DNA from: Chlamydiota bacterium
GTDB lineage: Bacteria; Chlamydiota; Chlamydiia; Chlamydiales; SLFE01
Reading direction: 5' to 3'
Assembly (NCBI GenBank): GCA_011065065.1
Contig: JAAKFL010000001.1
Span: 1 to 60,948 of the forward strand
Length of the DNA stretch: 60,948 nt
A program made the translations under genes and the position numbers. How positions within the stretch are numbered: the first letter of the stretch is position 1; every line of letters begins with the position of its first letter. The notes beneath the pieces are model-generated. The model had not been told where the DNA came from, ran no database searches, and saw nothing but the letters and a program-made list of their open reading frames with translations. Of this stretch, positions 9,541 through 18,423 are shown one piece after another.

Positions 9541-9686
9541 TTTGTACAATTTTTGAACTCATCTTCCGAGAGAAGCTTCCTCCAGCTGGATAAATTTCTC
9601 AGGAAGGGTAAAAAATACCCTTCCTTCGAAATTTATTACGCTGGAGATTGCTTCTCTCTGGAATATTCGGTCAAAAATTGTACAAA
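9541..9686. repeat. 146-nt imperfect palindrome in the aspC/rpoD divergent intergenic region
   Basis: The termini tttgtacaatttttga (9541-9556) and tcaaaaattgtacaaa (9671-9686) are exact reverse complements. Interior blocks gagagaagc, ctccagc, ataaatttc and aggaagggta also pair. Confidence 0.75.
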
Positions 9687-9887
9687 ATCGAGTAAAGAAA
9701 TCTTGAGTTAAATCCCCAACTTCTATAAAAGATGGGGTATTGAATAATTCCAACACTAGCAGGCTTGACAAAAACCCCCACATATTCAATGATATTACGT
9801 ACAGATTCTGCGAATTTTTTTGCATAACTTTAAATAGTGAAGTGAAAGAATTTGCTTTTTTTGTCGACACTTTAATTTTACGGTGGC

Positions 9888-11552
9888 ATGAGCAAATCCA
9901 ACAATAAAGATACTTTTACTCCTCAACATCAGCAAAAGATTGATGAGCTGGTGACTCTTGCAAAAGACCAGGGTTTTATCACTTACGAAGAAATCAACGA
10001 TATCTTACCCATGTCGTTTGATAACCCTGAACTGATCGACCAGGCGTTGATTTTCCTGACGGGAATGGATATACAGATTCTCAATCAATCTGAAGTTGAG
10101 CGTCAAAAAGAGCGTAAAAAAGAGGCCAAAGAGCTTGAAGCTCTTCCTAAACGGGCAGAAGGGACACCGGATGATCCCGTACGAATGTACCTTAAAGAGA
10201 TGGGTTCAGTCCCTCTTCTTAGCCGAGAAGAAGAGGTTGAAATTTCCAAGCGAATTGAAAAAGCTCAGCAACAAGTTGAAAAAATTATTTTACGATTCCG
10301 ATATTCTGCTTCTGAAGCCATTGCCATAGCGGCGTATCTTGTTCAAGGTAAGGAACGTTTTGATAAGTGCATTTCGGAAAAAGAGGTTTCGAATAAACAG
10401 GAATTTTTGAAGAAGCTCCCTAAATTATGTGATTTGTTGAAAAATGAAGATCTTGCTTTGGAATATCTCTTTGTTCAGCTTGATAATCCCAAGATCAAGA
10501 AAACTCAGGTAGTAAAAGTTCAAGAGGAAGTTGAAAAGAGCCGGATCCGGACTCAGGCTTATTTAAGGCATCTGCATCTTCGCTCCAATATTATCGAAGA
10601 TTTTGGGGAAGTCATTCTCCAATCATACAATCGATTTTTGGAGTTAGAGAAAGAGATCAATGAGTTGGCCCCTCGTGCAGAGTTGAATCGATTTGCGATG
10701 GCCAAGATGAAAGCGGCCAAGCGGAAGTTGCAGAAGAAAGAGTTAGCAGCGGGCCGAACACTGGAAGAGTTTAAGAAAGATGTTCGGATGCTTTATCGTT
10801 GGATGGATAAAGCACAAGAGGCGAAGCGGGAGATGGTGGAATCCAATCTCCGTTTGGTCATTTCGATTGCAAAAAAGTATACTAACCGTGGTCTTTCCTT
10901 CTTGGATTTGATTCAAGAAGGGAATATGGGCTTGATGAAAGCTGTCGAGAAGTTTGAGTATCGTCGAGGGTATAAATTTTCGACATATGCGACTTGGTGG
11001 ATTCGTCAGGCGGTGACCAGGGCGATTGCTGACCAAGCGCGAACGATTCGAATACCGGTTCATATGATTGAGACCATCAATAAAGTGTTGCGTGGTGCCA
11101 AGAAGTTGATGATGGAGACGGGGCGTGAGCCTACGCCTGAGGAATTGGCTGAGGAACTCGGGATTACTCCAGAGCGTGTCCGCGAGATTTATAAAATCGC
11201 TCAGCATCCGATATCCCTTCAAGCGGAAGTGGGTGATGGGGGAGAAAGTCAGTTTGGGGACTTCTTGGAAGATACCACAGCCGACTCGCCATCCGAAGCC
11301 ACAGGTTATTCGATATTGAAGGACATGATGGCCGAAGTGCTTGAAACTTTGAGTGACAGAGAGCGGAAAGTTTTGATTCAACGATTTGGACTTGCTGATG
11401 GTAAGCCGAAAACCTTGGAAGAGGTGGGAGTTGAGTTCAACGTCACACGTGAACGGATTCGTCAGATTGAGGCCAAAGCGCTGCGTAAGATGAGGCACCC
11501 CACTCGGTCGAAGCGATTGCGATCTTTCCTAGAGTTCTTGGAAGAAGAATGA
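9888..11552 (+). CDS. rpoD: RNA polymerase primary sigma factor (sigma-70 / sigma-66 type)
   Basis: Region 2 motif [27 protein letters not shown] and region 4.2 motif [30 protein letters not shown]. Confidence 0.95.
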   Translation: MSKSNNKDTFTPQHQQKIDELVTLAKDQGFITYEEINDILPMSFDNPELIDQALIFLTGMDIQILNQSEVERQKERKKEAKELEALPKRAEGTPDDPVRMYLKEMGSVPLLSREEEVEISKRIEKAQQQVEKIILRFRYSASEAIAIAAYLVQGKERFDKCISEKEVSNKQEFLKKLPKLCDLLKNEDLALEYLFVQLDNPKIKKTQVVKVQEEVEKSRIRTQAYLRHLHLRSNIIEDFGEVILQSYNRFLELEKEINELAPRAELNRFAMAKMKAAKRKLQKKELAAGRTLEEFKKDVRMLYRWMDKAQEAKREMVESNLRLVISIAKKYTNRGLSFLDLIQEGNMGLMKAVEKFEYRRGYKFSTYATWWIRQAVTRAIADQARTIRIPVHMIETINKVLRGAKKLMMETGREPTPEELAEELGITPERVREIYKIAQHPISLQAEVGDGGESQFGDFLEDTTADSPSEATGYSILKDMMAEVLETLSDRERKVLIQRFGLADGKPKTLEEVGVEFNVTRERIRQIEAKALRKMRHPTRSKRLRSFLEFLEEE

Positions 11553-11612
11553 TACCTTATGTATTTATACCGATCGTGATTAAAAAATCGGGATTTTGGC
11601 TTTGAGAAAGAC

Positions 11613-11681
11613 CCGTGATTAAGCGATCATAAGTCGATCCATATTATTAATATTGATCGACTTATGATCGCTTAATCACGG
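11613..11681 (+). terminator. 27-bp perfect inverted repeat: candidate rpoD terminator and/or dinG leader structure
   Basis: ccgtgattaagcgatcataagtcgatc, a 15-nt AT loop, then gatcgacttatgatcgcttaatcacgg, followed by aggttttctcttt. The 3' arm abuts the GGAGG upstream of the dinG TTG start. Confidence 0.4.
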
Positions 11682-11692
11682 AGGTTTTCTCT

Positions 11693-13915
11693 TTGTCAAA
11701 AACCGATTTTTTAAACACGATTGGTATAGATCCCGAACCGATACTTGAGCTCTTAAAACCGGGCGGTCGATTATGCGCGTTCCTAAAGGAGTTTGAGTCA
11801 CGGCCTCAACAAGCGGAAATGATGGAAAGTGTCATTTCTGCTTTCAATGACAAAGAAATTTCTCTTATTGAAGCTGGAACCGGAACGGGTAAAAGTATCG
11901 CTTATCTAATTCCGGCTGTCATCAAAGCCGTTTATCATAAAGAACGGACACTGATCTCGACTAAAACAATTAATCTTCAGGAACAATTAATCCAAAAAGA
12001 CTTGCCGCTTGTCAGCAAGGTTTTGGGAGTCGACTTTAAGGCGGTTTTGGTCAAAGGGATGGGCAATTATCTTTGCCTGCGTAAACTACAAGATTCCTCG
12101 ATGGAAGAATTATTTCTTCCGAACAATCAAGCCGATCAGCTGCGAAGGATTGCCGCTTGGGGACAACAGACGAAGACGGGTTCAAAATCTGATCTTCCTT
12201 TTAATCCTTTCTCCGCTGTTTGGGAAAAGGTCAATTGCGAAGCTGATACTTGTACGTTTCGAAAGTGTCCTTTTTATCAGCAGTGTCACTTTTTTAAGGC
12301 GCGCGAAGAAGCCAAAGATGCGCAGATTTTGGTGTCAAACCATCACTTATTATTTGCTGACCTTGCTTTAAGAGCTGAAGAGGAGAATTATGAAGAAGCG
12401 GCTCTGTTGCCTTCGTACAAACATGTCGTGGTAGACGAAGCGCATCATATTGAAGAGGTGGCGACTGATTTCTTTGCACAACGCGTTTCGCGAACCGACT
12501 TGATGAAGATTATGGGACGATTGGCTTCGGAAAAGGCCGGAGATGATGCGGGGAGACTTCCTCTTCTCAAAAAAAAACTCATTCAATTTTACAAAAAAGG
12601 GCCGCATGATCAGATTGAGAACCTTCTGAATACTTTCAATGTCGATTTATCTTTTTGTCGTCGAGAAGTCATTCAAGGTATTGCCGATTTGTTTCAGGCG
12701 CTTTCATTTTTCTTTGAAGAAAAGCTTTCGAAACAGGATGAGGAAAATAAGCTTCGTCTCCATCCTCATCATTATTCAGAAAAAGTCTGGGAAGAAGAGG
12801 TAGTGCCGGCGGCACAAAAGTTCTTGCATTCCATTAAAAAATATGTGCGGATGCTTCAGACCCTCTGCCGTGATATTAGAGACATTGATCAAGATCAGCT
12901 TCAAGAACAAGCTCTAGGGTTGTTGACCGAAGTCAACGCTTATGCAGGCCGATTGGATTCTTATGGTCAGGTTGTTGAGGAATTTGTTTTTAGTGAGATC
13001 AAGGATGATAGTGTTCGTTGGATTGAAAGCCATCAAATGAAAACTTTGAATAACATTCACTTGATTGAAGCCAAGCTCGACGTCTCACCTCATTTAGTGC
13101 AGAACTTTTTCTCGAAATTTCAGACCATTATCCTGTGTAGTGCGACACTCAGCACAAATCAAAATTTCGGATTTATGAAAAAGAGGTTGGGGCTCGATTC
13201 AGATCTACTTTCTTGTCGCACGATCAATGAGAAGATTTTTCAATCTCCTTTTAACTTTCAAAAGCAATCGCTACTTCTGGTTCCTTCGACTTTACCGCCC
13301 CCTAACCATAAAAATTATGTTGATGTGGCATCTGAAAGCATATTGCAAGCGATTAAGGCCAGTCACGGAAACTGTTTCATTCTTTTTACATCATACACCA
13401 TGTTGAAACAATGTTATGAAAAACTGAGCTCAAGACTGCGAAGTCTCCGTTTCCCCATCATGAAGCAAGGAGATGATCAGAGGCAAGCTTTACTATGTTT
13501 GTTTCGAAAGACAGAAAGATCGGTCCTTTTTGCCACAGATTCGTTTTGGGAGGGAGTTGACGTTTCAGGGGAAGCTTTGCGTTGCGTGATTTTGGTGAAA
13601 TTGCCCTTCAAAGTCCCTTCTGAGCCTATTTTTCAGGCCCGTTCAGAGTTGATTGCCAAGAACGGAGGAGATCCCTTTAGGGATTATGCGCTTCCCGGAG
13701 CCGTTGTCAAATTCAAGCAAGGTTTTGGTCGATTGATTCGTCATAAGTGTGATCGAGGAGTCGTCGTTGTTCTCGATACCCGTTTGATGACCAAAGGGTA
13801 TGGAAAAATCTTCTTAAGAAGTTTGCCTGATTGTCCAAAATTGTTTACTCAGGATCTGGAAAAAGAGATGAAGGAATTTTATCGGCGGACTTATCCATTA
13901 GTTCTTTCGAGGTAA
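11693..13915 (+). CDS. dinG: DinG/XPD-family ATP-dependent DNA helicase
   Basis: Walker A AGTGTGKS, DEAH box VVDEAHH, and the Fe-S Cys cluster CEADTCTFRKCPFYQQC. Confidence 0.85.
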   Translation: MSKTDFLNTIGIDPEPILELLKPGGRLCAFLKEFESRPQQAEMMESVISAFNDKEISLIEAGTGTGKSIAYLIPAVIKAVYHKERTLISTKTINLQEQLIQKDLPLVSKVLGVDFKAVLVKGMGNYLCLRKLQDSSMEELFLPNNQADQLRRIAAWGQQTKTGSKSDLPFNPFSAVWEKVNCEADTCTFRKCPFYQQCHFFKAREEAKDAQILVSNHHLLFADLALRAEEENYEEAALLPSYKHVVVDEAHHIEEVATDFFAQRVSRTDLMKIMGRLASEKAGDDAGRLPLLKKKLIQFYKKGPHDQIENLLNTFNVDLSFCRREVIQGIADLFQALSFFFEEKLSKQDEENKLRLHPHHYSEKVWEEEVVPAAQKFLHSIKKYVRMLQTLCRDIRDIDQDQLQEQALGLLTEVNAYAGRLDSYGQVVEEFVFSEIKDDSVRWIESHQMKTLNNIHLIEAKLDVSPHLVQNFFSKFQTIILCSATLSTNQNFGFMKKRLGLDSDLLSCRTINEKIFQSPFNFQKQSLLLVPSTLPPPNHKNYVDVASESILQAIKASHGNCFILFTSYTMLKQCYEKLSSRLRSLRFPIMKQGDDQRQALLCLFRKTERSVLFATDSFWEGVDVSGEALRCVILVKLPFKVPSEPIFQARSELIAKNGGDPFRDYALPGAVVKFKQGFGRLIRHKCDRGVVVVLDTRLMTKGYGKIFLRSLPDCPKLFTQDLEKEMKEFYRRTYPLVLSR

Positions 13916-13940
13916 AGTACTCCCAACGAACTTTATGCTT

Positions 13941-13977
13941 TTTTTCACCACAGAGGCACAGAGGTACAGAGAAGAGT
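13941..13977 (+). repeat. CACAGAG-type repeat module
   Basis: tttttcaccacagaggcacagaggtacagagaagagt lies between convergent genes. Confidence 0.7.
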
Positions 13978-14008
13978 CATAATATAATTTTTGTTGCTCC
14001 TTTACACT

Positions 14009-15157
14009 CTATTTATCTGTTAACATTTCCCTGTACAATAAGGGCAACGCAATACTTAACTGTTCTTCCACTTCCAACAATGTTTCTGGATCCACTTGGC
14101 AAAAATAGGGAACCTTGCAGTAAGCTTTATGTTTTCCGTTTAAAGAAACTGCTTCGGAAACAGGGTAATAGGGCAAAATCCAGTACCCTCCTAAAAAATG
14201 AAGGTCAATTTGACGGTTATTGTAAGCCAAAATGAAAGCCACCCGCATAGTAGGTTGAAAAATTTGATTATCGAAGTGGGGAACAGGGATAGGATCTGAT
14301 GAAAAGAATTCTTCAACGATAAATGTATCAAAGTGATCTTTATACCAGTATTGATAAGACTTGTCAGGGTCTATATGTAGTTGGGAACTTTTGATTAAAA
14401 TATATTTAAGGGTTTCATCCAGATCTTCTTGATTCACGATGATGACACCGTTTCCAAGGTAGGCCCCACGAGGTTTAATCACAAATTGATCACTTTGTAT
14501 CTCTGAAATGATTTTTTTGGCTAAATCTAGAGAATATATTTTCTCATAAAGATTCCATCTTGGTTTGAATGAGGCCAATATTTCATTGCGGGAGAAAAGT
14601 TCAGTCATTTTATATTTGTCTTGCCAATAGGAGTTGGAGGCAGCATCAATGAAAATGATACCGGGGTACTTTTCGATAAATTTGTCGATATTTTGAATTT
14701 GCCTTCCTCTTAAACAAACACACCCATGATAAGACTGGAGATTATACGGATCTTCAACGGGAAGTACGGACTGACGCATAAAATGGGAATCGGATTTTAT
14801 TGAATTAACTCCCTTCGTGACATGCCATTCAGGGGATGACTTCAATATGTTGCAAATTTGCACTTCAGAAAAACTGTCGGCTGTTGTCCAAAATTCATTT
14901 TGGTATTGGAGTAACGTATGATAGAAATTTATAGGGATAATTCCTGGCTCTCCATGTGAAAATCGATCACCATAAAAAGTCGAATCGGTTCCATGCTGGA
15001 TTTCACAAATTTTGACTCCGTCTCTCTGATTATATTTAAGGTCGGCAATGAGAAATGTTATGTCCGCAGGAAGCGTTGCATCGATCAATTCGTTTTCGAC
15101 ACCTTCGAGAGTGCTAACAAGTAGCAGTACCCAAAGAATAAGTATTTTAATTTTCAT
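14009..15157 (-). CDS. secreted ATP-grasp-like (TTL-like core) protein, paralog 1
   Basis: Signal-peptide-like N-terminus MKIKILILWVLLLVSTLEG. Core FVIKPRGAYLGNGVIIV, then FIVEEF...QPTMRVAFILAY, resembles the ATP-grasp/TTL WIxKP..G.G.GI and KFDLRVYVLV blocks. No clear E-x-N Mg site seen. Confidence 0.6.
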   Translation of the reverse strand: MKIKILILWVLLLVSTLEGVENELIDATLPADITFLIADLKYNQRDGVKICEIQHGTDSTFYGDRFSHGEPGIIPINFYHTLLQYQNEFWTTADSFSEVQICNILKSSPEWHVTKGVNSIKSDSHFMRQSVLPVEDPYNLQSYHGCVCLRGRQIQNIDKFIEKYPGIIFIDAASNSYWQDKYKMTELFSRNEILASFKPRWNLYEKIYSLDLAKKIISEIQSDQFVIKPRGAYLGNGVIIVNQEDLDETLKYILIKSSQLHIDPDKSYQYWYKDHFDTFIVEEFFSSDPIPVPHFDNQIFQPTMRVAFILAYNNRQIDLHFLGGYWILPYYPVSEAVSLNGKHKAYCKVPYFCQVDPETLLEVEEQLSIALPLLYREMLTDK

Positions 15158-15168
15158 GTATGAACCTT

Positions 15169-16305
15169 TTAATTCTCTGCAATTAACATCTCTTTGTACA
15201 ACAAAGGTAATGCCACATGAAGTTGTTTTTCGACCTCCCTCAACGTTTCAGGGTCTACTCGGTAAAAATAGGGAATCTTGCCACAGTTTTTATGTTTTTC
15301 ATTTAAGGTGCCTTCATCGGATAATGATAAACGTGGAAGTTTCCAATACGCTCCAAGAATATGTAAATCAATCTCACGATTATGATAAGCACAAATGAAA
15401 GCCACGCGCATTGTTGGTTGATAGAGTTGATTATCAAGATGAGGGATACAGAGGGGATCTGATGCGATGAATTCTTCGACAAGGAAGGTGTGAGATCGAT
15501 CTTTATACCAATAATTGTAAGAATTATCAGGATCTTTATCAAGTTGACGACTTTTGATGAGAATATATCGCAGTGTTTCATCTAAATCCTCTTGATTGAC
15601 AATGATCACACCATTTCCTAAATAGGAACTTCTGGGCTTAATGACAAACCAATCACTTTTTATTTCTTCGATAATTTTTTGAGCGAGTTGCGCATCGTAT
15701 TCCTTTTTATAAAGATGCCATCTTGGTTTGAATGAGGACAGGTTTTCATTGCGAGAAAACAGCATCGACATCTTATATTTATCTTCCCAGTAGGGAATAG
15801 ATGCCTCATCAATGAGAATGATCCCCGGGTATTTTTTCATGAATTTGCGATGTTTGTTAAGAACCCATTTTCTTGTACATATACATCCATGATAGCTTTG
15901 GATGTTAGTCGGATCTTCAACAGGAAGGGCCGCTTGTTGCAAAAAAAATGCGTTTCTTTCAACAGCTGGTAGATGATCAAGCACATGCCATTCAGGTGAG
16001 GCCATCAACTGATTTTTTATCTGCGCCTCAGAAAAATTATTATGAGTCGTCCAAAATTCATTTTGATATTGAAGTAACGTGAGGTAAAAATTTTCGGGAA
16101 TAATCCCTGGTTCGCCATGAGAATAGCGATCGCCGGAAAATGCTGAAGCAATTCCATGCTGAATCTCACAAATTTTCACACCATCCTTTTGATTGTACTT
16201 AAGATCGGCAACGAGGAATGTGATATCCACTGGGTATTGAGATTCAAAACCTTCTAAAGTGAAAATGAAAAAGAGAGCCGTAAGAAATATTGCTTTAAAT
16301 TTCAT
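15169..16305 (-). CDS. secreted ATP-grasp-like (TTL-like core) protein, paralog 2
   Basis: Roughly two thirds identical by eye to the adjacent paralog. Same signal peptide ending TLEG and the same FVIKPR..YLGNGVIIV core. Only an 11-nt gap to paralog 1. Confidence 0.6.
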   Translation of the reverse strand: MKFKAIFLTALFFIFTLEGFESQYPVDITFLVADLKYNQKDGVKICEIQHGIASAFSGDRYSHGEPGIIPENFYLTLLQYQNEFWTTHNNFSEAQIKNQLMASPEWHVLDHLPAVERNAFFLQQAALPVEDPTNIQSYHGCICTRKWVLNKHRKFMKKYPGIILIDEASIPYWEDKYKMSMLFSRNENLSSFKPRWHLYKKEYDAQLAQKIIEEIKSDWFVIKPRSSYLGNGVIIVNQEDLDETLRYILIKSRQLDKDPDNSYNYWYKDRSHTFLVEEFIASDPLCIPHLDNQLYQPTMRVAFICAYHNREIDLHILGAYWKLPRLSLSDEGTLNEKHKNCGKIPYFYRVDPETLREVEKQLHVALPLLYKEMLIAEN

Positions 16306-16401
16306 GTGTGACTTTTCGTGAAATTTAATCTTAGATTATCCTCGAGAGTCATATATTGCAAATTTCAAGCCCTAAATGATTCATATCATGAAGTTAAGAG
16401 A

Positions 16402-16617
16402 ACAGTATCCGTAGGGAAGTCGCATGAAGAAATTTCTTAACGTTTACCAACCATTTTTCCTGAAAAAGCATCCTGTATATCCTTATTATCCTGCCTATCC
16501 TGTTTTTTTTTCGGACGTGAAAAATAGGATAGGCAGGATAGTAAGGATTAACAGGATAAAACGTCCAGAAAATTGTATCAAGAAATTTTTTTATGCAATT
16601 TCACTGACAGTATCCGT
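16402..16617. mobile_element. MITE-like element carrying an ATCCTG-type hairpin, flanked by 11-nt direct repeats
   Basis: ACAGTATCCGT occurs at 16402-16412 and 16607-16617. Imperfect terminal inverted repeats are agggaagtcgcatgaagaaatttctt and caagaaatttttttatgcaatttcactg. The central hairpin is 16470-16507 / 16520-16557. Confidence 0.4.
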
Positions 16618-16724
16618 GCCGGCGTTCAATGAAGTTCTATAAATTCTTCTTTATAAAAAACATGCATTTTGTGTATAAGTAAAAAACTTAGGTAGAAAAG
16701 TTTTATACAAATTTGGAGTTCTCT

Positions 16725-17504
16725 ATGAGTAGTCGATTTATGAGTTTTATTATTTCAGTTATCTTGATCTTTTCCATATTATTGCCCGATTTTGCTTTTT
16801 CTGAAGTTGGAGTTGAGGGATATCAAAGCAGGAGAAAAATTTCTTCACAAGAGGCTGCTGAGTTAGAATCAGGATGCCATGATGATGAGACTTATTGGGA
16901 GGCCGAAAGTGTAGGTCCTGTTTGCGAAGCCTCTTCCCAGCCAGATGAGTCAGTTCACGTCAATCTAAAGCCACGAAGGGTCTCAGTGCCATCATCGCCG
17001 AGTCGAGAAGAAGTGGACTGTCCATATGTTTATGAAGAACCCTGCGAACCGATGCTTTACGAAGAGTGTAATGAACCCTGTGCTCCTTGTGGGAAAAAGT
17101 TTTTGTTTCCAATTGCAGCCACTGCTGCGGGATTGGCGATTGGGGCCGTTGAAGCGACAAATTGTCATAAAGGTTGTGATCCGCTTGCTGATCAGTTGGA
17201 TTTTGTGGTGACGATAACTTTAAGTCCTGATGAATCTGCTGCCAGTTTGGGTCTTGATATTCTTTTTCCTAATCTATCACTCCTTCAAGCACTTAGTTTC
17301 TCTTCGAGCTCATCTGGAACGTTCACTCAGACAAGCGTTTCCACTACCAATTTTGTGAGTGGTGATAATTTCACTGTTGATGTGACTGCTGAAAGTCAGG
17401 CGTCCAATTTGATTGTGAGTGGGAGGATTAACGGAGTGATCTTTGATACACAAACTGTTCCAAGTCCAAATACTTCAACAAATTTAACCTTTACGATTCC
17501 TTGA
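16725..17504 (+). CDS. lineage-specific envelope/secreted protein, paralog P1 (Cys-rich acidic region, glycine-zipper hydrophobic segment, Ser/Thr-rich C-terminal domain)
   Basis: Signal-like N-terminus, CPYVYEEPCEPMLYEECNEPCAPC, FLFPIAATAAGLAIGAV, and a C-terminus GVIFDTQ...NLTFTIP. Start moved to the ATG at 16725, downstream of GGAG. Confidence 0.7.
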   Translation: MSSRFMSFIISVILIFSILLPDFAFSEVGVEGYQSRRKISSQEAAELESGCHDDETYWEAESVGPVCEASSQPDESVHVNLKPRRVSVPSSPSREEVDCPYVYEEPCEPMLYEECNEPCAPCGKKFLFPIAATAAGLAIGAVEATNCHKGCDPLADQLDFVVTITLSPDESAASLGLDILFPNLSLLQALSFSSSSSGTFTQTSVSTTNFVSGDNFTVDVTAESQASNLIVSGRINGVIFDTQTVPSPNTSTNLTFTIP

Positions 17505-17511
17505 GGTAGTC

Positions 17512-17976
17512 ATGAAAAGAGTCGTGCTTGTGAGACATGCTAAGCCCGAAAGTGCTGCATTTACGAATGACTCAGAAAGACCTTTGAGTGATGAAGGGCG
17601 TCAGGTTCATGAAAAGATCTCTCATGAATTGAGACAACAAAACATTGTGCCCACAAAAATTATAACCTCTCCTTTATTAAGAGCCAGGCAAACCGCTGAG
17701 ATTATGTCAAAAGTCTTTGATGGTGTTCCGATTCAGGAATCGGCGATTTTAGATGGAACGCATAGCGTAGATGAGATTGTTGAGACGATTGCAGACATGG
17801 AACATGGAGAAAGCATTTTTCTTGTAGGTCATGATCCGAACATGACCCAATTTGTCAATAAGCTCGGATCTGAAAAGGTAACGGAAGGGGTTCATAAGAG
17901 TGGGTGTGTCGTTTTTGATTTTCCGGATGAAATTTCCTTTGGGAAAGGGCAATACGTCGGATACATTCATCCGTGA
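17512..17976 (+). CDS. sixA: SixA-like phosphohistidine phosphatase (histidine phosphatase superfamily)
   Basis: VLVRHAKPE (RHA catalytic motif) and VGHDPN (second His). 154 aa, typical of SixA. Starts 8 nt after the P1 stop. Confidence 0.7.
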   Translation: MKRVVLVRHAKPESAAFTNDSERPLSDEGRQVHEKISHELRQQNIVPTKIITSPLLRARQTAEIMSKVFDGVPIQESAILDGTHSVDEIVETIADMEHGESIFLVGHDPNMTQFVNKLGSEKVTEGVHKSGCVVFDFPDEISFGKGQYVGYIHP

Positions 17977-18043
17977 TAATTTTCTTTCAATATATCGAAT
18001 TTTTTGGTAAAAGTATTTTTTTAGTCTTCAAATTGGTGTCGTT

Positions 18044-18406
18044 ATGTACAAGTACATTTTTATCTTAGTCACTGTTCTTCTACCACTTTCAGCATTTGCA
18101 GATGGTGGGGTAACAGGGTATCGGACTCAAAGACCGACTACAACTTCCAAAACTGTTGTGGAATCTGGTTGCCGTGATGCTGGCATGCGTTCCGAATTGG
18201 AAAATGTGGGAATTCCCAGGAAGGACCCGATAGAAATTGTGGTTCAATATGTTGAGCCAGATGATGAAGAAGTGGTTATGGCAGATGAGTTATTGATTCT
18301 GGATGCCGAAAGGTCTGTGCCGGCTGCAAAAGGGAAGAGAAGAGTGTCTCCCTCAAGATCATCGCTTTCTAATTCTCCCTTAAAACCAATAAGAGCCTCA
18401 AATTGA
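18044..18406 (+). CDS. paralog P2: N-terminal-module-only member of the P1 family
   Basis: Signal peptide plus GVTGYRTQR...ESGCRD matches P1 GVEGYQSRR...ESGCHD. KRRVSPSRSS matches P1 PRRVSVPSSPS. The hydrophobic and C-terminal domains are missing. Confidence 0.55.
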   Translation: MYKYIFILVTVLLPLSAFADGGVTGYRTQRPTTTSKTVVESGCRDAGMRSELENVGIPRKDPIEIVVQYVEPDDEEVVMADELLILDAERSVPAAKGKRRVSPSRSSLSNSPLKPIRASN

Positions 18407-18423
18407 ATGAAAGGAGTCCAGGA

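Noticed and set aside
9765-9794. Candidate sigma-66-type promoter for rpoD (TTGACA at 9765-9770, 18-nt spacer, AATGAT)
   Set aside because: The -35 hexamer is perfect, but the -10 matches only 4 of 6 positions and the spacing is suboptimal. Without start-site data it is too weak to list as a feature.
9559-9870. 103-aa minus-strand ORF in the aspC/rpoD intergenic region
   Set aside because: It spans the 146-nt palindrome and the likely divergent promoters. It has no Shine-Dalgarno sequence, low-complexity composition and no motif, so I treat it as spurious.
16424-16642. 72-aa ORF (MKKFLNVYQPFFLKKHPVYPYYPAYPVFF...)
   Set aside because: It lies entirely within the ATCCTG-type palindromic element. 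Its odd YP-rich and RI-rich peptide halves are simply the two hairpin arms read in frame, and there is no RBS.
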